Below are positions 11,801-22,329 of a DNA stretch of 64,000 bases, in pieces; position 1 is the first letter of the stretch, and every line of letters begins with the position of its first letter. The DNA is taken from positions 192,138,001 through 192,202,000 of the forward strand of contig OZ024740.1 in assembly GCA_964016885.1 (NCBI GenBank), written 5' to 3'. This DNA comes from Eledone cirrhosa (lineage: Eukaryota). A program made the position numbers and the translations under genes. The notes beneath the pieces are model-generated. The model was not told where the DNA came from. It was given only the letters and a program-made list of their open reading frames with translations, and made no database searches.

Positions 11801-14329
11801 TTCGGGAGCAGCGGCGTCCCGGATCGGGGCATGGACTTCAGTGCATACCTCGACGGACTGCCTCGACTCTCGACAACCGCAGCACAGTGTTGCGATAAGC
11901 CAATAACAGCTGGTGAAATACAGGAAGCGATGACTAACTGCACGAGGGGTAAATCGCCAGGTTTGGATGGTCTGCCCTACGAGCTTTATGTATTTATGCC
12001 AGTTCGGTGACCTCTTGGCAGACGTCTACTGCAACTGGCAGCATAACGGGAGCATTCCCAGTTTTGTGAGCCGGGGAGCAGTGGCGCTGCTGAGAAAAGA
12101 CCCGAACATGGGGGATGTTATTGATAATTTCAGGCCCATAACCCTGCTAACCGCAGAGTTCAAAATTTAGGCAGAGGTGTTAGCAACGATGTTGGCGCTT
12201 GTCGTCAAGGGTCTGGTGGAAGACGCGCAGACATGCCCCATTCCGTAAAGATCCATACACGACAACCTCCACCGCATGCGATACATCATAGAGAGGGCTG
12301 TTAAGGAACCTGGCACGGGTGGGGCCCCGATCAACTTGGATCAATCCAAAGCATTCGATAGGGTCGACCATCGGTACCTGGCGGCGGTCCTCGTGGAAGT
12401 CGGTTTCGGGCCCGTTTTCAGCCGTTGGATTGCAGCAATGTACAGCGACATCTGCTCAGTTGTGAGGGTGAACGGTCACCTGTCGCAGCCGTTCAGCATC
12501 ATGCGCTCAGTCCGCCAGGGTTGTCCCCTCTCGTCCCTCTTGTACGTATTGGCTCTCGAGCCGTTACTGCACAAACTGGGGGCGATGAGGGGCGTCCCAC
12601 GCAAACTAGGATGCGGGAAATCCGAGTCGGCTTCCGCCAACGACGTCACCGTGGTGGTGTCGAGCGTCAGACACGTCCAGATGCTCTGCACTGCTCTCAA
12701 GGAATACGAAGCGGTGACAGGAGCAAAGATAAACCACGAAAATGCGGTGGGCTTGCAGCTCGGCACCTGGAGAGGCAAGTCGATACCGTCCGACAGCGTC
12801 GTGGGGCGTTGGACGGACAGTCCGGTTAAGTTGCTCGGATCTGGTTCGGACCGGACCTCCAGATGGGGAAAAACTGGAACGAGGTGACGAGCAGGTTGGC
12901 CTCCCTCACCCAGAAATGGGCCATGATGAAGCTGTCTCTGAAAAGCCGTGCAGATGTGGCGAATACGTACATCGCATCTGTCATCTGCTACCGCCTCACC
13001 GTCGTCACTTGCTCCATTCAAACTCTCACCAAAATGGAGCGCCACCTCTTCTGATTTTGTGGAAGGGACGCGCTCCCATGGTCAGAAGATCCATCTGCTG
13101 TCAACACCCGTTGCGTGGAGGACTGGGCATGCCATGGATGATGATGCGCAAACATGCGCTGAGGCTGCGACATCTCTGGTGCTTCCTTGACAGTGAACAG
13201 GTGTGGTCGCCGTTCGCCAGGCACGTTTTCCCACAGCTCGTCTCCTTGACGGAGCTGCAGTCCTGGGTCAGAAAAATACCGAGGGATAGCGCTTGGAAAC
13301 TGAAATGTCTCCAGGCGCTCACTGCACTCTGCCAGCTGGGCACCAGTATCGGTGGAACATCCACCTCGGCGTTCTATATAGGACTAGTGGACGGGAAGAG
13401 CGTTCTATATAGGACTAGTGGACGGAGAGATCCTGGGCTTCGAAGAAGTTCAGCTGTTTGCTCTCTTCCGGAGAACTTTCAGCCCGGGGCCTATGGATAA
13501 CTTCCAAATATCCCTGGCCTGGCAGTGCTACCGGGGAGCACTGTCGGTTCGAGATAAGCTCTACAGGCACGCAAGTGCCGTCAGCCGAGTCTGTCGGAGA
13601 TGCACGCAGAGCAACGAAACCGTCGTGCACACACTCGTTCGGTGCCCGAGCATTGCTGACTTTGGAGCTATGTCGGACAGTTGCTATCGCGTGCGTATAG
13701 GACTGATCCGGTTGTCGACTGAGTCCATTGTGCAGATGATTTCGCCATCTTCCTTCGAGGAGGAAGGGCAGGCGGTTTTCATCAGCCTGGTGGCCATGGC
13801 GAAATAGATTGTGTGGTGGACAAGGTTGAAAGGATTAAAGACAAACACTTTCTTCTTCGGCGAATCCCTAATTAACTTTTTCAAGTTTCATTTGAAGAGG
13901 AAAATCAGGATGGAGAGGTAAGTGCTGCCTTCTAGCAAGTTTGTTGAAAGGTGGGTGAATGTAGCGAGAATGGTCCGAGTGAATGGGGCATCTCTGAATA
14001 TACGTCTGTAGTTTGAGAGATGGAAACATTGAGAGAGGGCGCTGGCCCTGGTTGTCAGGGTGGCCGTGGTCTTTTGTGTGGTTTTCGCCACGAGTAACCC
14101 TCGGAGGTTTCCCCCCTATTGGGGAATTTTTCATTGTTTCCATTTTCATATTTATTGTTTATATATATATATATATATATGTTTCTATGTCCTTTTTTTT
14201 GTTTTCTTATATATATAATAAAAATATTTACACGCACAAAACCTACATCGTACCGTCCTGTACCGTCCTGTGCCGTCTGTAATGTTTTTCTTGATGTCAG
14301 CCCTTGTGGCCAATAAAGAAATCATTATT

Positions 14330-14360
<31 letters not shown>

Positions 14361-14380
14361 TTATTATTATTGTTATTATT
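8850..14380 (+). mobile_element. Tx1/L1-clade LINE copy 2 with 3' UTR, polyA signal and (ATT)n tail
   Basis: ORF1 remnant with CYLCGSKDHLRAFCP (~9703-9750); ORF2 10632-14011; AATAAA at 14312-14317 followed by (ATT)n at 14324-14380. Confidence 0.92.
10632..14011 (+). pseudogene. Tx1-like ORF2 (APE-RT-CCHC), disrupted
   Basis: MAVLRIGSIN start; LDQSKAFDRVDH, VRQGCPLS, degenerate YADD (SAND); CRRC..ETVVHTLVRC; several stops and frameshifts. Confidence 0.9.
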
Positions 14381-14619
14381 GTCAACTTGCGTTATCGTGT
14401 TATCGTGATCTCCTAAAGATGTGTTGCTTTAAGCTGTTTTGAACTGACAGTTATGGCAAATATTTGTTGTTAACTGTTGATAAGTTCATATATAATGCTT
14501 TCTGAAAAGGTTAATCAATAACATTGGGGCCTCGATCCTAAATTTTAAATTTATTTTATTAAACAAACAATGTATTTGTAAAATAAATTAACCCAGCTGT
14601 ATCGTGAGAGTGGCTCTAA

Positions 14620-17600
14620 CATAGACATTGCTCCCACCACCACCAATCACCAGTACGGATAACGTTTTCGCTAACACATCCGCAGCAGCCACAGCATTAG
14701 TCAAAGTTTGCCCCTTGCACGCGTAGACTTTCCTCCATTATCAATGTATACCGGTGTTAAAGCCGCCATTCTACCACCACAATGTCGAGGAGTACACCCA
14801 ACACCACTAATACCAACACCACAACAGAAGCAACTGCAGCAAAAAACAATTATAACAACAATAACAATAACATCAAGGACCAGTGCAAAGCCAAATTTTC
14901 TTTTGTGAAAGCAGCGACTACGAAAGAAACAATTGACGTAAGCCAGGTACAACTCAATGAGATCAGGCGAGTGGTGACAAAAAATGGTTACATGTCAGCC
15001 TAATTTTTGTTTATCAAATATCATGCAACATCGGCGGCTATGTATGGGCTCAGAAAACCCGCATCATACGTGGACAACGATACGGGACCGTGGATGAGTT
15101 ATTTGGAAATCCACCGGAAGCCACTGGGCCCTCCATGTCTCAGCTAAAGAGCGATGAGTTCACACTAGCCCCAGGTTACTTGGAACAGAGGCTTGTGAGA
15201 TTGAGGGTAATGCCTGTTCCACCGCTATATAATTTACCTGGCTCATGGCTGCTGTACACGCCGACATCATCACAAAGGTCATCGAGGTGATAAGAGAACT
15301 TGTCTAGATTTGGAATGGAGCTCCTTATCCAGGTGAAAGAGAAGAACATCCAGGAGATTCCAGAGGCAATAGTCCTCGATGGCGGCAGCCAACTAAAAGT
15401 AATCGTTAAAGCTACAAGGCCGAGGTGCGCCGTTTTTGGCGATGTAACCCACCTAAAATCCTTCTAACCTCAGGTGATGGCTAAATAATGAAAACCACCT
15501 CTCCGGCCTACCCGCTGGCTCAAGCAGAAAAAGCACAGCAAGTGTAGGTTACCACCAGCACCATCGCCCGCCACACCAGAAGTAGCATTAGTGCCACCAC
15601 AATCCACCACGCCACGATCAACACCAATACCTTTGGAGAACATTCCATCCCCGACCTACTGGAGACGGATTTTGATGTGGAAGACGAACGGAAAACAGTA
15701 TCTCTAAAAAAAATAAACCAGGAAAAGAAGTCCCTCTTCCTTCGCCCTGCAAAAAATTAGAGGTTTAAACAAATAAAGCAAAAACAAGAGAGTTAAGACA
15801 GCTATGCTAACACCACCACCACCTACATCAGCATCACCAGTCCCATCGCCACAAACACAAACACCATCAACATCATAAACCTCAACACAAGCCTCACCAA
15901 CACCACAAAAGGCACCAACAAGCGAAACCGAAACAGACCCCCACACGCACCCACAACAAACGCAAACAAGAATACGCCCAAAAGCGAAACACACTACACA
16001 GCATTAAACTTGAAAAATTAATTATTACAAAAAGTCCAACACAACACCAGCATCACAGAGAAAAACTACACATCACCTCCCACACATATAAATTAGACGT
16101 AACACAGAAATCATACAACCCTGATATAAAAATTCCCCAAAGTCATCGGAGATTTCCGGCAAACAATTTCCGGGAGTATATATAAAGACATCCTTCCGGA
16201 GAGGGCCACACACGGTGAGAATGAGGGAAAACCATTCTTCCTCCACAAGAACTTACACAAGTGGTCTTTCCCACCTTTTGCCACTTCTTTTGAATATGAA
16301 CTTTCTCAGAATAGGCAATATAACGTGGGTTGGGGGTTATCATGGGAGCAGGATCACCTGCTCAACGACCTCAGGTCAATGAACATAGATGTGGTGGCCA
16401 TCAGATAGACCATAATTTCCGAGACACATGCATTTGTACCCATCGTCGGGTACGCATCGCCAGGCCGGTCGGGTTCACGAGGCAGAATCGCTGTGTTGTT
16501 TCGGAGAGGCCTGGATCTCGTGATATGGTCCACCTTCCTGTGACCAGCAGTAAAGGCTATGCTTTCAGGGGAGTGGCTGTTTGTGCCCCCACATGTGTTG
16601 AACGGCCTGATTTCTTCAGGTGACTGGAGACCTTACTATGAGCGTACGGTCTTTAATGTTAATTGGTGAGTGGAACGGGATCTTGGATGCACGCTGGGAC
16701 TGTGTGGGATTAACGGATAGGGGAAAGAGGTTGTCAAAGGCTCACAAACCTGCTCAGACGTTTCCTACTATCTCACAGGTACCGAGAGTGGATTTTCCAA
16801 ATGGGCCAATGTGGACTATGGACAAACCGCATCGGATCATCCAAATCTTATCTAGATAGAGTATTTTATAAGGGAGTAAATTGTTCTAGCGTTGGTTGTT
16901 CGCAATTCAAGATAGTCGACAACACGGAACCCAAATTCGTGATCTGTGTGGTCCAATTAGAGAGGCTTCATAGACAGGGACCCGGCAACAGAAAGCTAAA
17001 CGTGTCGCTGACAACGCGCAACGCCAGAGACCGATTAGAAAACTAGCTGAGCGGGGAAACCGCGGGAAAGCGGGGAACCTGGGACGAAACCATCAACATC
17101 AAATGGCGGTCTACCCTCAATTAGGTTTATTAAGACTTTAGCATTACAGTAAAATAGAACCGAAGGAGAACTTGTTACAAAACTAGACGAAGCGCTTAGT
17201 AAAGGCATCGCAACCGACGTGCTTGCGGCAAGATTAGGTCTCGAACAGTTCTTCAACACACAACGCGAAGGCTACGTTGTCAGAGCTAGGGTGTGTGCTA
17301 TCAGACACGTGGGGACGAACATTGCTTTATGGGCCCAAGTGCCACGATCCTGTTTTTGGAGGAACACGACGGGCGCATGTTACTCGGCTCCGCGCAAATG
17401 TGTGCCGCTTTTCAGCGGCAGTTAACTCAGCTGTTTGGGGGCACCAGTAGGTCTGATCGCAGCATAGACTTTAGCACCTACCTCGACGGTCAGCCGCCGT
17501 ACTCGGCCACTGACGCGGAGTGTTGCCAAAAGGATATAACAGCCACTGAAATACAGTCTGGGTCAAGCGAAATCCGAGTGGGAGTGCTGGGAGATTGGAA

Positions 17601-18248
17601 GGTCTCCAGTCGCTCACAGACCTCGACCAATTGGATGATGCAAGCGGTGGAAACTCCACTGTTATATAGAGGGTTAGTGGAGGGAAAGGGCGATGACGTC
17701 CGTGCGGAGACTCAAAGCATCAACGAGAATAAACTTACAAATCACTTCGGGAGAAACTTCGGGCTGGGGTGCACGTACAACTTCCAGAAATCCCACTCCT
17801 AGAAGTGCTACAGGGGACATTTGCCAATTCGGGATAAACTCTACAGATATGAAAGTGCCGTCCACCGGGCCTGTCCGGGATGCGTGCAGGTTGACAACAC
17901 TGATGAACACTCTCTCATCTATTGTCAGAGCATTGCAGACTTGTGTCGAACACCTGCTATCACGTGTAGTACGGATCCAGCTATTAGCTGAGTGCATCGT
18001 GAAGATTGCCCCCACCGCTTTCCTTTAGCCGGGAAGGGCAGGAAGCTTTTATCTGCGTGATGGCCATGATGAAAGAGGTCGTGTGGTTGATGCATTTGAA
18101 AGGGCTGAAGACGAACACTTATCTCTTCCACGATGCCTTGATTAACTTTTTCAAATTTCATTTGAAATTGAAAATCAGGATGAAAATAAAATGCTCTCTT
18201 CCCAGCAATGTGTTGACATATGAGTGAAAGATGCAGGCATGGTCCGAG

Positions 18249-18252
<4 letters not shown>
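14620..18252 (+). mobile_element. Tx1/L1-clade LINE copy 3, heavily decayed, RT domain deleted
   Basis: APE remnants (LIGEWNGILDARWD, SYLDRVF); at ~17555 the pre-RT sequence (ATEIQ) joins directly to post-RT sequence; 3' part colinear with 13260-13985; truncated by (TA)n. The 5' boundary is approximate. Confidence 0.85.
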
Positions 18253-18345
<93 letters not shown>

Positions 18346-18351
18346 GTAAAC

Positions 18352-18384
<33 letters not shown>

Positions 18385-18385
18385 T
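18253..18385. repeat. (TA)n/(CA)n microsatellite, one of many in the window (e.g. 19079-19170, 19930-20022, 24310-24710, 25203-25330, 26447-26650, 28550-28616, 58603-58681, 62990-63195)
   Basis: Directly visible. Confidence 0.95.
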
Positions 18386-18882
18386 ATAAATATATATGAA
18401 ATGCGTTCCACTGTCAAAATCTGTCACATTTACTGTTCAATTGTCTGCCATATAAAAATTGTAGTTGGAATCTCGACTGAAATTTAATTATGGACAATTA
18501 ATGTCTTCTATAAATAAGACAGTCTCACTAATGAATGTTGGATCCTTCACATTAATAATTATCCATTTAATTGACGTAATTATGATATTTTTTTACTGAG
18601 CAGAAACAATGCTGTCTAAGAATTACATATTCCTAATGTAAGCTAAGCAATATTTGAATGTTCTACTTAATTAAATGTTGTTTTTTATGCCAGATATTAA
18701 TGACGTTGTCTCCATAACACTATCTTTACGAGTGCTTTGTGTCGTTAGTGTTTCAGCGCCAAAATTAGTTGCTATTTTATTTATCAATATACTTTCAATA
18801 CAAACACACACACACACACACAAACAGACACACGCATATCTATCTCTCTCTCTATCTATCCATCTATATCTCTCTCTCTCTC

Positions 18883-18916
<34 letters not shown>

Positions 18917-18921
18917 TAACA

Positions 18922-19076
18922 AAGTAAGTGTGGTAAGAACCAGATGGACCATAACACACTAGATTACTTGATACTTAGGTTGGTAGAATGGGTAATAGGA
19001 AAAAAGTCAGGACCCTTGACGGGTGAGCTCCGGCCGTTTCGACAACTAGATCTGAACTCGGAGTCCTGATTCTTTT

Positions 19077-19080
<4 letters not shown>
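18922..19080 (+). repeat. Unclassified ~165 bp interspersed repeat with 3' hairpin, copy 1
   Basis: Homologous to 57417-57591 (same strand) and 19777-19923 (reverse); flanked by (TA)n. Confidence 0.8.
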
Positions 19081-19172
<92 letters not shown>

Positions 19173-19338
19173 GTGGTGGGGTGGGGGTTTCAATCGGCGG
19201 TAACCACACCAAGTAAGATATTCAATATAGCAATAGAATGTACACACCAGATTTAATATGGAACGGTTCAAGTTTAACTTGAACCGTTAAGGTATATATT
19301 CGTTGGTTATGTCAACATTTATAAAATACTCTTCGTAT

Positions 19339-19393
19339 TTTATCTGATGATAGCGTACCAAAGCGTTGGTACCCTTGAAATATATATAATAGA
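19339..19393 (+). ncRNA. Type I hammerhead ribozyme (Penelope pLTR-type)
   Basis: tttat-CTGATGA-tagcgtaccaa/agcg/ttggtaccctt-GAAA-tatata-TA-ataga: intact core, pairable stems I and II, palindromic stem III. Confidence 0.75.
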
Positions 19394-19489
19394 CTAAATA
19401 TGGTTTTATAAATATAGTTTCCATTTATTTAATATCATTGAATATTATACTCCAGAAAATCTTTCGACTGCTCTGAATCAGTTATAAAC

Positions 19490-19548
<59 letters not shown>

Positions 19549-19743
19549 TTTTCCTGGATACTGTATTTTCGTTGCTCTGGTAATGCGGGTGGACTGCCGA
19601 CTGGTATATCTGATTCGCTAAGCTGTCTGAACGTGATGTTATTAATATGTTGTCTTACCTCATCCGAGTGCTAAAGCTACAGGCCGATTATGCATATACG
19701 CTAGCTTGTCCGTATACTAAAGCTTCGTCAATGCTGTACTAAA

Positions 19744-19776
<33 letters not shown>

Positions 19777-19780
<4 letters not shown>

Positions 19781-19923
19781 AACCAGTAAGACCCCGATTC
19801 TGGATGTCGAAACGGCTTGAGCTCAGCCGTCGGGGTCTTACTGGTTCCTATTACCCACTCTACTACCCTAAGTATTGAGTACTTTGGTGCGTTATGGTCC
19901 ACCTGGGTCCTTACCACATTTCC
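19777..19923 (-). repeat. Unclassified hairpin-tailed repeat, copy 2 (inverted)
   Basis: Reverse complement of 18929-19080; hairpin arms taggaaccagtaagaccccga / tcggggtcttactggttccta. Confidence 0.8.
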
Positions 19924-19927
19924 TTCG

Positions 19928-20023
<96 letters not shown>

Positions 20024-20150
20024 CGTTATGTATTTTAACGTCCAGTTACTGTAGGTTCACAAGAGTGAGCACGCGATGGATAATTTCCAGCAAGTATAAA
20101 GATGTAGTACTAAGCAGATTGTAATAATAATAACAATAATAATAATAAAT

Positions 20151-20598
20151 GACGATTTTTTACGCCTTCATTGCGTTTAATTAGTAATGATGACTGTTTC
20201 GCTACAGGCTCGATCTCTTTCGATCTGGCCCGACTCGGAAATCAAAATCTGGTCGAACTTCTATTGTGGTAATGACAAAATGACAATCTTAGGGCTTTGA
20301 AATACTATATAACAATTCACATTCATTTATGATAGCTTCGATTAAGTTCGTTTTGATTGGTTTATTTGCAAGATGGAATGTTTGGGTATGGGGCATAGAT
20401 GAGGGGAAGAATTATAATGAAGAGTTGTTGAGAAAGAGATGCTGGGGTAGGGGGGGGGGGGTCATTTCTAGAAAATATGTCCCACAAACTTTTGATTCCA
20501 GCGTCGGGCCAGATCGATATAGATCGAACCATGAGCTCATCAATAACGAAACGAGCATCACTACGCATTAAACGTATTGAAGACATAACATATCGGCC
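20151..20598. mobile_element. MITE/foldback-like element with ~100 bp imperfect terminal inverted repeats
   Basis: tcgatctggcccgac..aatcaaaa (20220-20248) pairs with ttttgatt..gtcgggccagatcga (20490-20517); weaker complementarity extends outward to 20151 and 20598. Confidence 0.6.
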
Positions 20599-20725
20599 TT
20601 TTTTATTATATATATATATGAATATAAACTTCGTAGCTCCAGAGAAATACGGTTTTAGGAAGCCGTAGTTGTGCAAACACCGGGGTCTAACGCCCTCTGG
20701 TTATGTCCAACAGAAGCAAGGGGAC

Positions 20726-20771
20726 AACAGTCTATGCATTGCAGGCTTAATTTGCCTTCGTCAGGACGATA
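20726..20771 (-). ncRNA. Type I hammerhead motif, core mutated (GAAA to GCAA)
   Basis: atcgtc-CTGACGA-aggc/aaattaa/gcct-GCAA-tgca-TA-gactgtt on the minus strand. Confidence 0.7.
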
Positions 20772-21050
20772 CCTCCGATCGCTTGCGACTGCTGGACTAG
20801 AAGACAGCCGAAAATATATATAGTTTTCTCGTCTGTCTAAATGAGGTGATTAATCTCATTTGCATATGAAGCTGCATAAGTTGGCTCAACTTATAATAGA
20901 AAATAAATAAGATTTCTCTCCAAGCATAGCTTTATACAATACGTATAGAAATTTCGTATCTCCTAAGAAATACGGTTTTAGGAAGTCGTAGCTATGCTAA
21001 CACCGGGGTGCTAACGCCCTCTGGTGATGTGCAGCAGAAGAATAGGGGAC

Positions 21051-21096
21051 AACCGTCTATGCATTTCAGACTTAACTGGCTTTCGTCAGGACGATC
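21051..21096 (-). ncRNA. Type I minimal hammerhead ribozyme, intact core
   Basis: gatcgtc-CTGACGA-aagc/cagttaa/gtct-GAAA-tgca-TA-gacggtt; 7 bp stem I; one mismatch in stem II. Confidence 0.8.
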
Positions 21097-21316
21097 CCCT
21101 CCCACCGAAAAAAATAAGATTTTGCTTCAAGCAAGACATGTCTATACATATTGAATAAAGCTGTGCTTCAAGCGAAATCTTATTTCTTTGCTATTATAAG
21201 TTGAGCCAACTTATGCAGCTTCATATGCAAATTAGATTAATCACGTCATTTACACACACGAGAAAACTATATATTCTCGCCTGTCTTCTAGTCCAGCAGT
21301 CGCAAGCGGTGGGAGG

Positions 21317-21362
21317 GATCGTCCTGACGAAGGCCAGTTAAGCCTGAAATGCATAAACGGTT
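21317..21362 (+). ncRNA. Type I minimal hammerhead ribozyme, intact core
   Basis: gatcgtc-CTGACGA-aggc/cagttaa/gcct-GAAA-tgca-TA-aacggtt; perfect stem II; one mismatch at the base of stem I. Confidence 0.85.
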
Positions 21363-21840
21363 GTCCCCCTTGCTTCTGCTGGACATCACCACAGGGCGTA
21401 AGACCCCGGTGTTTGCATAGCTACGGCTACCTAAAACCGTATTTCTTTGGAGATACGATAGTTCTATACATATTGTATAAAGCTGTGCTTATTTCTTTCG
21501 TATATATATATATATATATACAACCTAATCTCAGTTTGACAATCGCCCCCGATGAATGCGAGAAATTTCTACAGGAAAGTTAACGAAAATCACCGACGTT
21601 AACAAAGAACTTACTAGATCTACCAACACATAATATTATAATATATAATTAAATCAAATTTTGAACTACAAGTGAATTCATTCTTTTCCTTTTTTTTTCA
21701 AATATACCTGACTGTACCAAGGATTTTACATATTAGATAGTACTAGTAATTGGAAAGACCAATGGAAACATTGTTTCCTCGGTCCGATTTGACGAAAATC
21801 GTTCGTAAAAAAAAAGAATATATATATAAATATATATAAA

Positions 21841-22292
21841 ATAATTAAGTAAAATATGTAAAATTTGGCTTCGTTTATCATAAATTATAGATATACTGTT
21901 ATATATATTTCGGTGACAGCCAACATTGGCTGTGACGTCTTCAGGCAGTCCGAATTGGTGTGGGAAAGGCAGCTAAATATGTTGTTGACGTGTGTTTTAC
22001 TCCGTCAATACATCGATATGTCCAGCTCCTGGTTGTGTTGTTATTTCTCTGAAGAACTGGGATCATATGGTTCCAGTTCCTCAGAGAAAGAACAACACAA
22101 CCAGGCGCTGGACATATCGATGTATTGACGGAGTAAAACACACTTCAACAACATGTGTACCTGTCTTTCCCACACCAATTCAGACTGCCTGAATAGATCA
22201 CAGCCAATGTTGGCTGTCACCGAAATATATATAGCACTATGTATATAATTTAAAATAAACGAAGCCAAATTTTACATATTTGACTTAATTAT
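21841..22292. repeat. ~450 bp near-perfect palindrome of two inverted Penelope-type terminal repeats (pLTR), each with a hammerhead motif
   Basis: Arms are reverse complements centred on catatg (~22066); hammerhead motifs at 21895-21949 (-) and 22184-22238 (+); a single-arm homolog lies at 57150-57370. Confidence 0.85.
21895..21949 (-). ncRNA. Type I hammerhead motif in pLTR arm (core intact, stem-base mismatches)
   Basis: actgc-CTGAAGA-cgtcacagccaa/tg/ttggctgtcacc-GAAA-tatata-TA-acagt. Confidence 0.7.
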
Positions 22293-22329
22293 TTTACATT
22301 ACTCCTGAGTAAACTAACCAACCTGCGTA

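Larger units (their letters stand above)
20622..21490. mobile_element. Non-LTR retrozyme-like repeat: ~1.5 tandem ~325 bp units on - plus one inverted ~350 bp unit on +
   Basis: agaaatacggttttaggaag recurs at ~20643 and ~20966; 21141-21490 is the reverse complement with a 28 bp terminal redundancy (period 322); each unit holds one hammerhead motif; no ORF. Confidence 0.8.

Noticed and set aside
1426-13630. Many antisense or alternative-frame ORFs overlapping LINEs (also 37264-37892, 42238-43008)
   Set aside because: They are shadows of retroelement coding sequence with no independent motifs.
17545-17565. RT deletions (also ~44525) as splicing products
   Set aside because: Compared with the intact copies, the deleted segments lack GT..AG boundaries.
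19790-19850. gtcGAAAcggc in the hairpin-tailed repeat as a hammerhead
   Set aside because: No CUGANGA at a suitable position and no UH cleavage site in any of the three copies.
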